Of a stretch of 64,000 bases of DNA, positions 37,011 to 47,140 are shown piece after piece. Under the pieces are notes generated by a model. That model was given only the letters and a program-made list of their open reading frames with translations. It did not search any database and was not told the origin of the DNA. The position numbers and the translations under genes are program-made. This DNA is from Candidatus Nanoarchaeia archaeon. GTDB taxonomy: Archaea > Nanobdellota > Nanobdellia > SCGC-AAA011-G17 > JACPNG01. The stretch covers positions 49,573 to 113,572 of the forward strand of contig JAQTOC010000001.1 in the NCBI GenBank assembly GCA_028713535.1, in the 5' to 3' direction. Numbering within the stretch: the stretch's first letter is position 1; every line of letters begins with the position of its first letter.

Positions 37011-37552
37011 TTACCTTTCATTATTTTATCTTTTGTTTCCTGAATATTCTTTTCCAAGACATCAGAGGTTATTTTTTCCTTTTTGTATCTTGAAAACTGC
37101 GATTCTGATGCTTCTTTTAAATAATTGGATATGTGCTTTCCTTTTATTCTTTCTTCTGAAGGGAAAACTTCAGGATCGTGAGGTATTTTCAGGCCTGAAT
37201 CTACCAAGCCTTTCAATGCAGCAAACAGCCTTGATTTTGCCACTGGTTCATACAAACCTATGTCAAATATCCCTTCTTTTATTTTCTTTTCCTGAGCTTT
37301 TTTTCCTGCAAGCAAACCAAGAAGGTATGCTGAAGGTATGTTTGATTTTGATCCTTTGTAGCCCATCTTCTCAAGGCTTTGTGTTGTTACTGTCAATAAA
37401 ACTTTATCGCCATTTTCATGGTAGTTTGTGAACTGGATCATCATATTCTTGGAGGACTTTCTAACCAAAATTCTTGTTTTCTCAGACTTTAAGAGTTTTA
37501 GCCTCTTGCTGTAGCTGGTCCTATTCTGTTTTCTTCTTTTTAACTGTGTCAT
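37007..37552 (-). CDS. rpl18: ribosomal protein uL18
   Basis: operon position; 5S-binding family size and composition. Confidence 0.85.
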   Translation of the reverse strand: MTQLKRRKQNRTSYSKRLKLLKSEKTRILVRKSSKNMMIQFTNYHENGDKVLLTVTTQSLEKMGYKGSKSNIPSAYLLGLLAGKKAQEKKIKEGIFDIGLYEPVAKSRLFAALKGLVDSGLKIPHDPEVFPSEERIKGKHISNYLKEASESQFSRYKKEKITSDVLEKNIQETKDKIMKGK

Positions 37553-38000
37553 TTTTACTGATTAATTTTTTTTCCTCCATGTACATTATAATGTGTCTTT
37601 TGCTTCTGAAGAAGCCTCCTTTGCTTTTTAAGTATAAGTCTCTGTAATCCTTATTTGAGATTTGTTTTTTATCTTTAAGAGTTCTTATTATTTGCCTCTG
37701 GGATCTTATCCTGTTCATCCAGTCTTCTTTCTTGTTTGTCCTTGCTCCTTTCTTACCTTTTTTTCTTCCAGGACCTTTTCCTCTACCTTTTCTTTTCTGG
37801 ATTAAATCTTTTCTTGCCCTGCCTCTTGATTGTGAATTTGTTTGGTCTTTGAATATTGCTTTTTCCCTTATCAATGCCCTTAGGTCTTCTTTGGTTATTG
37901 CTTCCTTGATGTCATCCAATCTATCTTGGTTGAATCTTACTCTGTTAACCCCTACTTTTAGGAGGATTGCTGCAAGTCTTTTTTGTGGCCCGAGTTTCAT
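37521..38000 (-). CDS. rpl19e: ribosomal protein eL19
   Basis: MKLGPQKRLAAILLKVGVNRVRF. Confidence 0.9.
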   Translation of the reverse strand: MKLGPQKRLAAILLKVGVNRVRFNQDRLDDIKEAITKEDLRALIREKAIFKDQTNSQSRGRARKDLIQKRKGRGKGPGRKKGKKGARTNKKEDWMNRIRSQRQIIRTLKDKKQISNKDYRDLYLKSKGGFFRSKRHIIMYMEEKKLISKNDTVKKKKTE

Positions 38001-38569
38001 TTGTATTCTCCTTCCTTGCCAGACCTTGGCTTTTCAAGTATTTTTTTCTTTTCTTCGTCCTGTTTTTCCTCTTTGGATTTTTCCTCTTTCTTCTCTTCAG
38101 CCTTTTTCTTAAGCTCTTCTTTTGATTTTGTTCTTACTTCAACTTTCTTTTTCTTCTCTTCAGCCTTTTTCTTAATAAATTCTTCAGAGGTTTTTATGAA
38201 ATCATCAATGTCTTTTAGGTTTGAAATTTTCATCTTTTTCTCTTTTATCTTTTTGAGTATCTCAATCTTCTTTTTTAATCCAAGTGTTGAACTTAACAAT
38301 ATGATCTGGTCCTTTCCTATTTTTTCAATGTCATTCATATTATTTATTATAATTTCATGCAGTCCTTGCTTGTTTAATCCATATATCTGTTTGTTTGATC
38401 CAAAACCGACCTTGGCCAATCTCCTGTATCCTTTCAAGGCTCTTCTCATCTTGGAGTCCATCCCTTTTGGCTTTCTCCAGTTCTTCTCAAGCTTTGTCAG
38501 TTTGTTAGCATCCTGTCTAAGGAATTTTGGCTTTCTCCTTCTCAGCTGCTTAACTTCTTCTGGTTTCAT
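37997..38569 (-). CDS. rpl32e: ribosomal protein eL32 with Lys/Glu-rich C-terminal extension
   Basis: KFLRQDANKLTKLEKNWRKPKGMDSKMR. Confidence 0.85.
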   Translation of the reverse strand: MKPEEVKQLRRRKPKFLRQDANKLTKLEKNWRKPKGMDSKMRRALKGYRRLAKVGFGSNKQIYGLNKQGLHEIIINNMNDIEKIGKDQIILLSSTLGLKKKIEILKKIKEKKMKISNLKDIDDFIKTSEEFIKKKAEEKKKKVEVRTKSKEELKKKAEEKKEEKSKEEKQDEEKKKILEKPRSGKEGEYK

Positions 38570-39108
38570 ATCTTCTTTCCTGCCTTAACCATAATATAAA
38601 TGCCGTCTTGGAATACTCTTTTGTCTCTCTTTTTAACTTTGCATATCTGCTCTATATTTGCTGCGGTCTGTCCGGCTTTTTCCTTTGATGCGCTTTTTAC
38701 CTTGATCTCGTCTCCAGCAATTTTTACCTCGACGCCTTCAATTATCGTTGCTTTTCTTGGGACTTTTTCACCAAGGAAATTTTTAATTATTACTTCGTCT
38801 TTTTCTGTTGAGACGCTCATTGGGAAATGGCTTGAGCATATCTTAAGGGTGTATTCATAATTTTCTGTTACTCCCTTGATCATGTTTGAAATATGAGATT
38901 TAAAGGTCCCCATCATTCTTTTCTCCCTCTTTGTTGCATTCTTTGAAATTAATTTTATCTGGCCGTCTTCCTGTGTTATGGTTATGTTTGGGTATTTTAT
39001 TTCCCTTTCAACCTCACCATGCGGCCCCTTTACCCTTATCATATCTTCTTCTATATGAACTTCAACATTTTCAGGTATGATTATCTTTTCTTTTAATTCT
39101 GATATCAT
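38566..39108 (-). CDS. rpl6: ribosomal protein uL6
   Basis: two-domain 180 aa, operon position. Confidence 0.9.
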   Translation of the reverse strand: MISELKEKIIIPENVEVHIEEDMIRVKGPHGEVEREIKYPNITITQEDGQIKLISKNATKREKRMMGTFKSHISNMIKGVTENYEYTLKICSSHFPMSVSTEKDEVIIKNFLGEKVPRKATIIEGVEVKIAGDEIKVKSASKEKAGQTAANIEQICKVKKRDKRVFQDGIYIMVKAGKKI

Positions 39109-39109
39109 T

Positions 39110-39499
39110 TTAGTAGCAGTATGCGATTAATTTTCCTCCAAGGTTTTTTTCTTTGCATTGGTAATGTGTAAGCATGCCTTTTGGGGTTGAGATTATCAAC
39201 AAACCAAAGTCTTTTGCTGACAGGTATCTTTTTTCAAATTTCTCAATGTCTGTGACCTTTACTGAGAATCTTGGCTTGATTACCCCTGTTGCGTTTATGT
39301 TTCCGTTGAGTTTTATGTCCAGTATGCCGCCTTTCTTGTCGTCTTCGGCCTTGAAATCCTCGATGTATTTATTTTCCTTAAGGATCTTTAATACTTCAAC
39401 AATGATTTTTGAACTTGGTTTTATCTGGCAGGATGTTTTTCCAACTTTTTCTGCATTATTCATCTTGCATAATGTGTTTGCTAATGGGTCATTTAACAT
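39110..39499 (-). CDS. rps8: ribosomal protein uS8
   Basis: operon position and conserved C-terminus GGKLIAYCY. Confidence 0.9.
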   Translation of the reverse strand: MLNDPLANTLCKMNNAEKVGKTSCQIKPSSKIIVEVLKILKENKYIEDFKAEDDKKGGILDIKLNGNINATGVIKPRFSVKVTDIEKFEKRYLSAKDFGLLIISTPKGMLTHYQCKEKNLGGKLIAYCY

Positions 39500-39509
39500 T
39501 GTTTCCTCC

Positions 39510-39740
39510 TTAATGGAATTTTTTGAATCCTAATTTTTTTGCATTAAGCCTAAAGCATCTCCTGCAGTATCCTATCTCGTATTGCGAGATCATACCTTTT
39601 GTTGATCCACAAACCTTGCATCTGTTTGTTGATCTTCCGAATTCTCTTTTCTTTGGAGCGTTGTGTTTAATGTATTTCTTCAATTTTGCTGGCTTGTTCT
39701 TCAGCTGCTTGAAAACTTTTTTGTAGCTTTTTACAGTCAT
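39510..39740 (-). CDS. rps14: ribosomal protein uS14 (Zn-binding type)
   Basis: CKVCGSTKG...CRRCFR. Confidence 0.85.
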   Translation of the reverse strand: MTVKSYKKVFKQLKNKPAKLKKYIKHNAPKKREFGRSTNRCKVCGSTKGMISQYEIGYCRRCFRLNAKKLGFKKFH

Positions 39741-40234
39741 ATTACCTCAACTCCAAACTTTTCATTTACGAATTTGATTGCATCATCTTTTGTGATGAGG
39801 TGCTTCTTTGAAATCTTTGCCTGGTGGATAGTCCTTCTTTTTATCCTGTAACCGGCTCTTTCCAGTGTAACAGCAACTTCCAACCCAATTATTCCGATCT
39901 TTGAGTCATACTCTACATCAGGAATGTCAAGATATTCTGCTATCCCAAATGCAAAGTTACCATTACTGTCAAATTTCTTTATGGATATCTTATTTTCCAC
40001 TGCAGTGAACAATCTTTTCAATAATGCTTCTGCCTTTTCCTTCCTTAGGGTCACCTTGCATCCTATTGCAAGCCCGGGACGCACTCCCCATGTAGGTATT
40101 CTTTTCTGGCTCTTGCATTCAACTGCCTTTAATCCTGTTATTTTGTTAAGCAGATACCTAGCGTTTTCTAGTTTAACTCCTGGCTCGCCAGTTCCTATAT
40201 TCAATGTTATTTTTTCAATTTTTATCTGTTTCAT
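39737..40234 (-). CDS. rpl5: ribosomal protein uL5
   Basis: operon position, 165 aa. Confidence 0.9.
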   Translation of the reverse strand: MKQIKIEKITLNIGTGEPGVKLENARYLLNKITGLKAVECKSQKRIPTWGVRPGLAIGCKVTLRKEKAEALLKRLFTAVENKISIKKFDSNGNFAFGIAEYLDIPDVEYDSKIGIIGLEVAVTLERAGYRIKRRTIHQAKISKKHLITKDDAIKFVNEKFGVEVI

Positions 40235-40935
40235 TTTTTAGGGATTATTGATTGTTCGACGACAAAAACAAAGTCTTTTCTTGTCTCGAATTTGTCTTTT
40301 CCTGATATTAATGTTACACTTGCTGGAAGCAAACCTTCCTGTTTTTTAATGCCTTCAATTGTGCCAAACCTTCCAAGATATGCTCCGCTGGTCAATAATG
40401 CAATGGCGCCTTTCTCAAGTTTTAAATGTTTTATTATCTTGTTTTTCTCCAAGTCAATTATTACTGAGTCGCCTACCTTGTAATCATCCTTGTCAATGAG
40501 CAAGTTTTTTCCATCATACAGGTTAAGCTGTATCTTCTTTTTCTTAAGATGGGTTTTTCCAATAATCTTGCATATTTTATGATTTGAATCCTGCTTGCTT
40601 ATTTTGTGCAAGGTCAATTTTCCTTTTTCATCTATGAGGACTATGTAATGCTCGTTCAGTTCAGGTATTTCAATGATATCCATCAACCCAACAGGAAGCC
40701 TCTGATCTTTTCTTGCTTTTTTGTCTACCAAAAGTTTTTTATCATTCAATATTTTTTTTACTTCCCTTGAGGTTTTTGCATAACCCAAAACATTCTTCAG
40801 CAATAAGTTGATAGTGATGCTTTCCCTTAATTTATGTGGACCTGCCCTTGGTTTTGCCAAATAAGTGTTTTCCTTTCTTTTTATTGGCCAGTTCTTTGGC
40901 GTGTTAATACTCTTTAGGTGTCTTTTACTTGGCAT
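40231..40935 (-). CDS. rps4e: ribosomal protein eS4
   Basis: MPSKRHLKSINTPKNWPI N-terminus typical of S4e. Confidence 0.9.
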   Translation of the reverse strand: MPSKRHLKSINTPKNWPIKRKENTYLAKPRAGPHKLRESITINLLLKNVLGYAKTSREVKKILNDKKLLVDKKARKDQRLPVGLMDIIEIPELNEHYIVLIDEKGKLTLHKISKQDSNHKICKIIGKTHLKKKKIQLNLYDGKNLLIDKDDYKVGDSVIIDLEKNKIIKHLKLEKGAIALLTSGAYLGRFGTIEGIKKQEGLLPASVTLISGKDKFETRKDFVFVVEQSIIPKK

Positions 40936-41320
40936 TTTCTTTTTCTCCTTTCTTCTTGTTCTTCATCCTTCTTTTATCATCAAGGTTTAATTCTGTTATC
41001 TGCAAGTTTGAAGCATTAATCGGATATCTTGTTTTGTTTCCGTCTTTCTTTATTGTTTCTATGTTCTCTATGTACACTTTTGATTGTTTAATATCTACTT
41101 CTGTTACCTTCCCTGTTCTCTTTTTGAATTTTCCAATCATTATCTTTACAGTGTCACCCTTTCTTATCTGGATGTTCCTTATGCCGTGTTTTTTTCTCAG
41201 GTCTTTTGAAAGGTTTACATTCATGAATTTCTTTTTAATGTGAAGTGGAGCATTGTACCTATATTTATGCTGCTTTCTAGGGCTTTTACTTGCATTCCAT
41301 GTTTTTGACCATTCTTTCAT
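40925..41320 (-). CDS. rpl24: ribosomal protein uL24
   Basis: KOW IRKGDTVKIMIGKFKKRTGKV. Confidence 0.85.
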   Translation of the reverse strand: MKEWSKTWNASKSPRKQHKYRYNAPLHIKKKFMNVNLSKDLRKKHGIRNIQIRKGDTVKIMIGKFKKRTGKVTEVDIKQSKVYIENIETIKKDGNKTRYPINASNLQITELNLDDKRRMKNKKKGEKENAK

Positions 41321-41321
41321 T

Positions 41322-41723
41322 TTATACTACGATGCTAGCAATCTTTGCCAATGCAGGCCATCTTTCTACTGCCTCCTTTGCAATAGGGCCTTTAAAAATT
41401 GTACCTTTTGGGTTTCCTTTATCGTCTTTGAAAACTATCATTGCGTTGTCCTCAAACTTAATTCTTGTCCCGTCTGCTCTTTTGTATTCTTTTTTTTGCC
41501 TTACTATTACTCCAATTACTACCTTCTTTCTTACATCAGGACGCCCGCTTACTACAGAGCCCATGACAAAGTCACCAATGCCTCCTTTTGGAAGAGCACC
41601 TTTTATGTTCTTGTATCTTCTTACGTTGAATATTCTTACTTTTTTAGCTCCCGAATTATCACAAACATCAACGTTTGCTCCTACAGGGATCCCCCTTGTC
41701 ACGTTTGCAGACAATGCTTTCAT
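41322..41723 (-). CDS. rpl14: ribosomal protein uL14
   Basis: VCDNSGAKKVRIF. Confidence 0.95.
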   Translation of the reverse strand: MKALSANVTRGIPVGANVDVCDNSGAKKVRIFNVRRYKNIKGALPKGGIGDFVMGSVVSGRPDVRKKVVIGVIVRQKKEYKRADGTRIKFEDNAMIVFKDDKGNPKGTIFKGPIAKEAVERWPALAKIASIVV

Positions 41724-42040
41724 TTTAGCACCTCGATAACTATGAAATTTTTAGTCTTACTTATCGGCTTTGACTCAACAACTTTTACCATATCACCTAA
41801 TTTTATGTCTATGCAATCTGGCTTGTGCACTTTTAATCTTGAAAGCCTTTTTTCATATCTTTCATACTTGTAAAGATAATTTAATCTTGGAATTTCTATT
41901 GTGATTGTTTTATGAACGTTAATTTTTATTACTTTTCCAACTAAGATTCTCCCCCTTATGCTTACTGGGTTGTGGAATGGGCAGTGCTTATCATTGCATT
42001 CCTTCTTTGGAGATTCTACCTTTATCCCTATATTCTTCAT
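41720..42040 (-). CDS. rps17: ribosomal protein uS17
   Basis: operon position, OB-fold size. Confidence 0.85.
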   Translation of the reverse strand: MKNIGIKVESPKKECNDKHCPFHNPVSIRGRILVGKVIKINVHKTITIEIPRLNYLYKYERYEKRLSRLKVHKPDCIDIKLGDMVKVVESKPISKTKNFIVIEVLK

Positions 42041-42309
42041 TTTAAACTCCTTATTTTCTTGATGCGGTCCTCTGGTCTGTTAACTAACAAACCCCCATCA
42101 ATTTCCACGATTTTGTTTTCGAATTTTGTTTTCATCTTAATTTGTGATTTTATGAGCTTGATTTTTTTGTTTTTTTCCTGCATTGTTATTGTGTTTTTTG
42201 TTTCGTCGATTATTTTTCCTTTCCTGCCGATCTGGCTCTTGTTCTTTGAATCTGTTATTTCGACATATATGCCGATTATTTCTTTTCTTAGTATGTCCTT
42301 GATACTCAT
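42037..42309 (-). CDS. rnp1: RNase P protein component Rpp29 (Pop4)
   Basis: Sm-like 90 aa; conserved archaeal position between SUI1 and S17. Confidence 0.7.
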   Translation of the reverse strand: MSIKDILRKEIIGIYVEITDSKNKSQIGRKGKIIDETKNTITMQEKNKKIKLIKSQIKMKTKFENKIVEIDGGLLVNRPEDRIKKIRSLK

Positions 42310-42608
42310 TTTATTGAGTTCTCGTCGAAGCCTAGCTTGACAAGCTCTTTTTTAACCTTTGCCAGGTGATGTCCTTGGAGTTCGATAACGTCTCCTTTTG
42401 TGGTTCCTCCGCATGCAAGGGCTGACTTTAATTTTTTTGTTACTTCTTTTATATCAATTGCTTTTTTGTCAAGCCCCTTAACCACAGTTATCATCTTTCC
42501 AAATTTTCTCTTTTCGATCATTACGTTAATCTCTTGATCTTCTTTTGCAATGGTTTCACACACGCAAAGAGCTTTTGGCAGGCCACACTTTGGGCATATT
42601 TCACTCAT
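42306..42608 (-). CDS. translation initiation factor SUI1/eIF1
   Basis: KRKFGKMITVVKGLD...LACGGTTKGDVIELQGHH. Confidence 0.85.
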   Translation of the reverse strand: MSEICPKCGLPKALCVCETIAKEDQEINVMIEKRKFGKMITVVKGLDKKAIDIKEVTKKLKSALACGGTTKGDVIELQGHHLAKVKKELVKLGFDENSIK

Positions 42609-42826
42609 ATCTTTTTCTTTACCTCCTTAGTTTTTTGAGCATGAATTCTTGTAAGTAACATTGCGATTGTCTTCTTGATTTGCTTTACTCTACCAGGGCT
42701 TTCGATTGTTGTCTTTGTGGCTCTCTGAACATTTATCTTAAGCATGTCTTTGTTTAGGTCTTCAATCTTATGCTCCATCTGTTCTTTTGTCATGTTTCTT
42801 AGTTCATTCTTTTTTATCAGAGCCAT
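42605..42826 (-). CDS. rpl29: ribosomal protein uL29
   Basis: 73 aa helical, operon position. Confidence 0.8.
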   Translation of the reverse strand: MALIKKNELRNMTKEQMEHKIEDLNKDMLKINVQRATKTTIESPGRVKQIKKTIAMLLTRIHAQKTKEVKKKI

Positions 42827-43541
42827 CTTCTTTCTCCTTTACTTCTTTCTTTTTCTTTGGTGTTCTCTTTTTTGTTTTTTTCTCAGGTTTTTCTTCCTTT
42901 GGTTTTTCCTCTTCTTTTATTTCTTCAACATGAATTATTGCAGGCTCATTTATTTTTACTTTGTCAGGCAGCCTTATGTCCGGAGGAAGTATCATTAATT
43001 TTATTCCTATGCATCCTCTCTTAAGATTTGCACGCCCCTGCGCCTTTAATACCTGCGAATCTGAAACATCCCCTGATTTTTTCAGGTAGCCGGAGAAAAA
43101 TCTCCATGATTTTGCCCTTGCACCAGGGATTCCAACCCCGCCGATGATTATTTCTGCACCGATTGCTTTTGATTCTATTATTTTTTTCAGCATCTCATAT
43201 CCAAGGAACTTGAATCTTTTTGGCCCGAATCTTTCAAGCGAGGAAACCATTTCATCCAGGACTGTGTTTGGATCAAGGTATGGGGACTTTATCTCACCGA
43301 TTTCTATCTGCGGGTTTTCCATATTGTATTTTGTTTTTAGTATCTGGGTCATTTTCTTTATGTTTTCCCCTTTTCTTCCGACGATTAAACCAGGACGTGA
43401 GGTATAAACAATTATTTTTTCTCCAAGAGGAGTTCTTTTTATTTCAATCCTGCTGTTCCCTGAATTGGACAGCTGCTGGATTATGAAGTTTTCAACTTCC
43501 TGCACTTTTATTTTTCTTGCTATGAATTTTCTTTCAATCAT
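42804..43541 (-). CDS. rps3: ribosomal protein uS3 (KH domain, Lys/Glu-rich C-terminal tail)
   Basis: LIVGRKGENIKKMTQ KH motif. Confidence 0.9.
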   Translation of the reverse strand: MIERKFIARKIKVQEVENFIIQQLSNSGNSRIEIKRTPLGEKIIVYTSRPGLIVGRKGENIKKMTQILKTKYNMENPQIEIGEIKSPYLDPNTVLDEMVSSLERFGPKRFKFLGYEMLKKIIESKAIGAEIIIGGVGIPGARAKSWRFFSGYLKKSGDVSDSQVLKAQGRANLKRGCIGIKLMILPPDIRLPDKVKINEPAIIHVEEIKEEEKPKEEKPEKKTKKRTPKKKKEVKEKEDGSDKKE

Positions 43542-43993
43542 TTTTTAGCTTCCCCTTTCTTTTTCTCGTGCTTTGGCTCTTTTTCTTCAACTGTGATATA
43601 AATATGCGTTCTTTTTGCTTCCCTGCTTCTTTGCCTTCCGTACCTTGCTGGCTCTGCTGCCTTGTTTGGGATTATGCTTTTTATGAACAATGACTCTGGG
43701 TTTAATCCCTGGTTCTGCGCATTTTTTTCTGCAGCTTCGATAAGTTTCAGTATTGCCTTTGCTGCATTATAAGGATATGCCCCTGAATAAAGCCTTCCGT
43801 GCTTGTGCCCTCTGTCCTTGTTGAATCTTAGAAATGGAATTGGTTTTATCTTGTTTATTGAATCAAGCAATATCTTCTTTGCTTTTACAGTGGATTTTCT
43901 TCTTATACAGTTGCAGATTTCGATGCTGTCTTTAGGTGAAATTACCAAATCCAATCCTCTTGCAATTGCCTGATGCTTATTTTCTGTTTCCAT
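43538..43993 (-). CDS. rpl22: ribosomal protein uL22
   Basis: operon position, 151 aa. Confidence 0.85.
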   Translation of the reverse strand: METENKHQAIARGLDLVISPKDSIEICNCIRRKSTVKAKKILLDSINKIKPIPFLRFNKDRGHKHGRLYSGAYPYNAAKAILKLIEAAEKNAQNQGLNPESLFIKSIIPNKAAEPARYGRQRSREAKRTHIYITVEEKEPKHEKKKGEAKK

Positions 43994-43995
43994 TT

Positions 43996-44391
43996 TTATT
44001 TAACCGAAGCTGACTTACTGGATTTTGTTGCTCCAATTCCTGCAGCTGAGTGCGATACTTTTCTTCTTGTATGGGAAAACTCTCCAAGCCTGTGGCCAAT
44101 CATTAATTCATTGATCATTACAGGCTCGAATGTCTTACCCTGGTGAACGTGAACTGTTACTCCAATCATTTCAGGAAGGATTACCATATTTCTCAAATGG
44201 GTTTTAACAGGCCTTTTTCTTTTTCCCTGCTTAGCTTCTGCAATTTTTTTAAGAAGCTTTATCTGCTGTTCACTTAAGCCTCTCTTAAGCGCTCTTCTTG
44301 GCCTTGACTTAAGCAACTTAAGTGTATCTTCCATCTTGATACTTTCAAGTTCTTCTACAGTCTTGCCCCTGAATAGTTTTTCTTTTGCCAT
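43996..44391 (-). CDS. rps19: ribosomal protein uS19
   Basis: GKTFEPVMINELMIGHRLGEFSHTR. Confidence 0.9.
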   Translation of the reverse strand: MAKEKLFRGKTVEELESIKMEDTLKLLKSRPRRALKRGLSEQQIKLLKKIAEAKQGKRKRPVKTHLRNMVILPEMIGVTVHVHQGKTFEPVMINELMIGHRLGEFSHTRRKVSHSAAGIGATKSSKSASVK

Positions 44392-44393
44392 GT

Positions 44394-45113
44394 TTATCTT
44401 TTCCTACCAGTCCTTCTTGCGTGTATTAAACCTACGTTTCTACCTGAAGAAGCGAACCTTGGTGCGTTCTTAGGCTTACCAATATTCTTACCTCTTCCAG
44501 ATCCGAATGGATGATCAACAGCGTTCATTTTTACTCCAGATGTTCTTGGATATAATTTACCTTTTGCCTTCATAAGATAGAATCTATTACCGGCTTTTAC
44601 AAATGGCTTTTCCTTTCTTCCAGATCCGGCCACTATGCCTATTGTTGCCTTGCAATCAGGGCTTAATTTTTTTTGTTTCTTTGAAGGCAATTGAATTATA
44701 ATCTTGTCTGGAAATTTTGCAACTATCCTTGCAGCTGAGCCAGATGACCTGCAAAATGCAATTTTTCCAGGAGTGGATTCAATGTTGCAGATTGGTGTTC
44801 CTTCAGGAATATCCTTGAGGAACAATGTGTTTCCGGTTGATACTGGTGCGTTTTCCCCGAAGACAACTTCCTGTCCAACTCTAACTTCATTTGGAGCTGC
44901 AATCAATGCAACTTCCTTGTTTGAATATTTTATTTCTGCCAATGGACCGCCGTGCTGGGCGCAATGAATCAGGTCAGTTATTTTTCCTGTAATGTTAGTT
45001 TCCTTTACATTTTTCAGAGGCTGATTGTATATTTTTCCTTTTGACCTGTGAGAGTGTGCCCTGTATGTAAACGTTCCTTTTCCACGCCTCTGCTGAATTA
45101 ATACCTTTCCCAT
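44394..45113 (-). CDS. rpl2: ribosomal protein uL2
   Basis: HPFGSGRGKNIGKPK, GGPLAEIKY. Confidence 0.95.
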   Translation of the reverse strand: MGKVLIQQRRGKGTFTYRAHSHRSKGKIYNQPLKNVKETNITGKITDLIHCAQHGGPLAEIKYSNKEVALIAAPNEVRVGQEVVFGENAPVSTGNTLFLKDIPEGTPICNIESTPGKIAFCRSSGSAARIVAKFPDKIIIQLPSKKQKKLSPDCKATIGIVAGSGRKEKPFVKAGNRFYLMKAKGKLYPRTSGVKMNAVDHPFGSGRGKNIGKPKNAPRFASSGRNVGLIHARRTGRKR

Positions 45114-45114
45114 T

Positions 45115-45360
45115 TTACATTAAACCTAATTTTGTTGCTATGTCCATAGCAGGATTTTCTGGTGATAAAGTAACATATGCCTTTTTCTTTGCACTTGGCA
45201 GTATTGTTGTTGTTACCCTTATGACCTTAACCTTGAATAATTTTTCAACTTCTTTTTTTATTTCGTCTTTGTTTGCTTTAAGGTCTACTATGAATGTTAA
45301 TTTATTCTCTGCTTCCATTAACCTTATGGATCTTTCTGTTGTCAATGGATATATCATCAT
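45115..45360 (-). CDS. rpl23: ribosomal protein uL23
   Basis: 81 aa, operon position. Confidence 0.85.
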   Translation of the reverse strand: MMIYPLTTERSIRLMEAENKLTFIVDLKANKDEIKKEVEKLFKVKVIRVTTTILPSAKKKAYVTLSPENPAMDIATKLGLM

Positions 45361-46178
45361 TTTTTACTCCTCTTCTTCATGAACAAATCTTCTTTTTCAA
45401 GCCTTTCGATTGCCTTGTCTGAATAAATAGTAATTCTTCCGGGCATTGTTCCAGGAGCAAGCAGTTCAGCATTAATTTCGTTTACCTTTACAATGTCAAC
45501 TCCCTGGATGTTTCCTGCTGATTTTTGCAGTTTGCATCTGTCTGAGACAACAAACAATGGACCGACTTTTTTCCTGTATGGCCTTCCTCTTGATTTTCCT
45601 TTTCCAGCCCTTATTTTTTTAACCTTAATCCTTTCAAGTTCGTTTTCAAGGCCGATTTTTTTAAGAATGTCAAGAACGTCTTTTGTTTTTTCAACGTTTT
45701 CAATCTTGGATTCAAGTATTAAAGGAATTTCTTTAAATTTATGGCCTCTTTCTTTGACAATTTCTTTGTCCATGGTTGCTGCTAGGGCAGACCTTATTGC
45801 TTTTCTTCTTTCTGTTACGTTTATTCCAAGACCAAGGAATTTTTCAACCTTTGGAGGGTGAGCTCTTCTACCACCGACTGTATTAGGGGAGGTTGCTCCA
45901 ACCCAGAAGAAATGAATTCCTCTCTTAGTCATTATTTTTCTTGGAACTCTTGAGATTCCGTGACCATAAGCACCCTTGTATGATTTTCTTCTCCTTGAAA
46001 TCTTGGATGAATATTTTTTACCTGCTTCAGGATCTGAACCATAGGGCTGCCTTTTATTGGCTTGTATAACAAGAACAGCTCTTTTAATCAAGTCAGGCCT
46101 TATCTCTTCCTCAAACTGCTTAGGCAAATTAATATCCTTTACTTTTTTTCCGTTTAAATCCAAAACCGAGGCTTTCAT
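45357..46178 (-). CDS. rpl4: ribosomal protein uL4
   Basis: operon position, 273 aa. Confidence 0.9.
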   Translation of the reverse strand: MKASVLDLNGKKVKDINLPKQFEEEIRPDLIKRAVLVIQANKRQPYGSDPEAGKKYSSKISRRRKSYKGAYGHGISRVPRKIMTKRGIHFFWVGATSPNTVGGRRAHPPKVEKFLGLGINVTERRKAIRSALAATMDKEIVKERGHKFKEIPLILESKIENVEKTKDVLDILKKIGLENELERIKVKKIRAGKGKSRGRPYRKKVGPLFVVSDRCKLQKSAGNIQGVDIVKVNEINAELLAPGTMPGRITIYSDKAIERLEKEDLFMKKRSKK

Positions 46179-47140
46179 TGTTTACTCTCCTGACTGATGT
46201 ATGTAATTTCAATTGGATAATTATATCTTTTGTTTAATCTCATTGTTTCTGTAAGGATTAACAATCTTTTTCTTGGTCCTGGCACAGAACCTTTAATCAG
46301 TATGTATGGATTTTTTATAATGCCATAGTTTACAAATCCGCCTTTTGGATTTACTTCTTCTGGCTTAGAATTAATTTTGTAAATTCTTTTATTGTATTCG
46401 GTTCTTAAGTGATAGCCCATCTTTCCTGGCTGAGGAGTCCTGAATGAAACTCTTTTTGGAGTCCATGCACCAAGCGTTCCGATTCCTCTCTTTGTTTTTT
46501 CAGATTTGTGTTGCCTGATGTTAACTCCGTATCTTTTTACTGTTCCCTGGAATCCTTTTCCTTTTGTTACACCGTGAATATCAACATACTGAGCTTCCTT
46601 GAAAACATCTGTGATATTAATAAGATCTTTTTCAAGCAATGATCTTGCCAATTCTAATTTTTTATCCTTGTCTCCGGATAAACCAACTTCAAATACTTCT
46701 GGTTTTTTCTTTCCAATGCCTGTTAAACTTGGCTGGGTATAAACAATCAACCTTAGATCATCAAATAATTCTGGCTGGGATGATTTTTTTGGAAGGCCTA
46801 TTGTCCTTTTAACTTCCTTGTTTATTTTTTTTGATATAAGCTGAGAAATAGCGACTAAACCATCAGTGGTTTTTTTGTAAAACTTGATTGCCAATGGTTT
46901 CATTGGCGGACACTCGATAATTGTGATTGCTTCCTGGGTTTTAAGATCTTTTCTTTGTGATTTTGTGTTTGTTTCAACCCTTAATATGTGAGTCATGCCT
47001 GCCTTGTAGCCTGCAAAACCAAGAAGCTTAGTATCTTTAAGGTCATGAGACCAATTCCTAATTCTAGCAAAGTTTCTCCTGGCCCTTGACCTAGGCCAAA
47101 ACTGCAAACTTCCTTTTCTAGGTGAATGTCTTTTTCCCAT
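46175..47140 (-). CDS. rpl3: ribosomal protein uL3
   Basis: first gene of the archaeal L3-L4-L23-L2 cluster; 321 aa. Confidence 0.95.
   Translation of the reverse strand: MGKRHSPRKGSLQFWPRSRARRNFARIRNWSHDLKDTKLLGFAGYKAGMTHILRVETNTKSQRKDLKTQEAITIIECPPMKPLAIKFYKKTTDGLVAISQLISKKINKEVKRTIGLPKKSSQPELFDDLRLIVYTQPSLTGIGKKKPEVFEVGLSGDKDKKLELARSLLEKDLINITDVFKEAQYVDIHGVTKGKGFQGTVKRYGVNIRQHKSEKTKRGIGTLGAWTPKRVSFRTPQPGKMGYHLRTEYNKRIYKINSKPEEVNPKGGFVNYGIIKNPYILIKGSVPGPRKRLLILTETMRLNKRYNYPIEITYISQESKQ

Noticed and set aside
36721-38588. Plus-strand ORFs overlapping the ribosomal protein operon (36721-37431, 37732-38112, 37983-38588, 41253-41873, 41290-41739, 41972-42340)
   Set aside because: They are antisense to highly conserved r-protein genes, low-complexity (Leu/Phe/Ser-rich), and have no motifs.
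42037-42608. SUI1 and RNase P Rpp29 inside the r-protein operon as an anomaly
   Set aside because: This placement (L29-SUI1-Rpp29-S17) is the established conserved archaeal arrangement and is not unusual.
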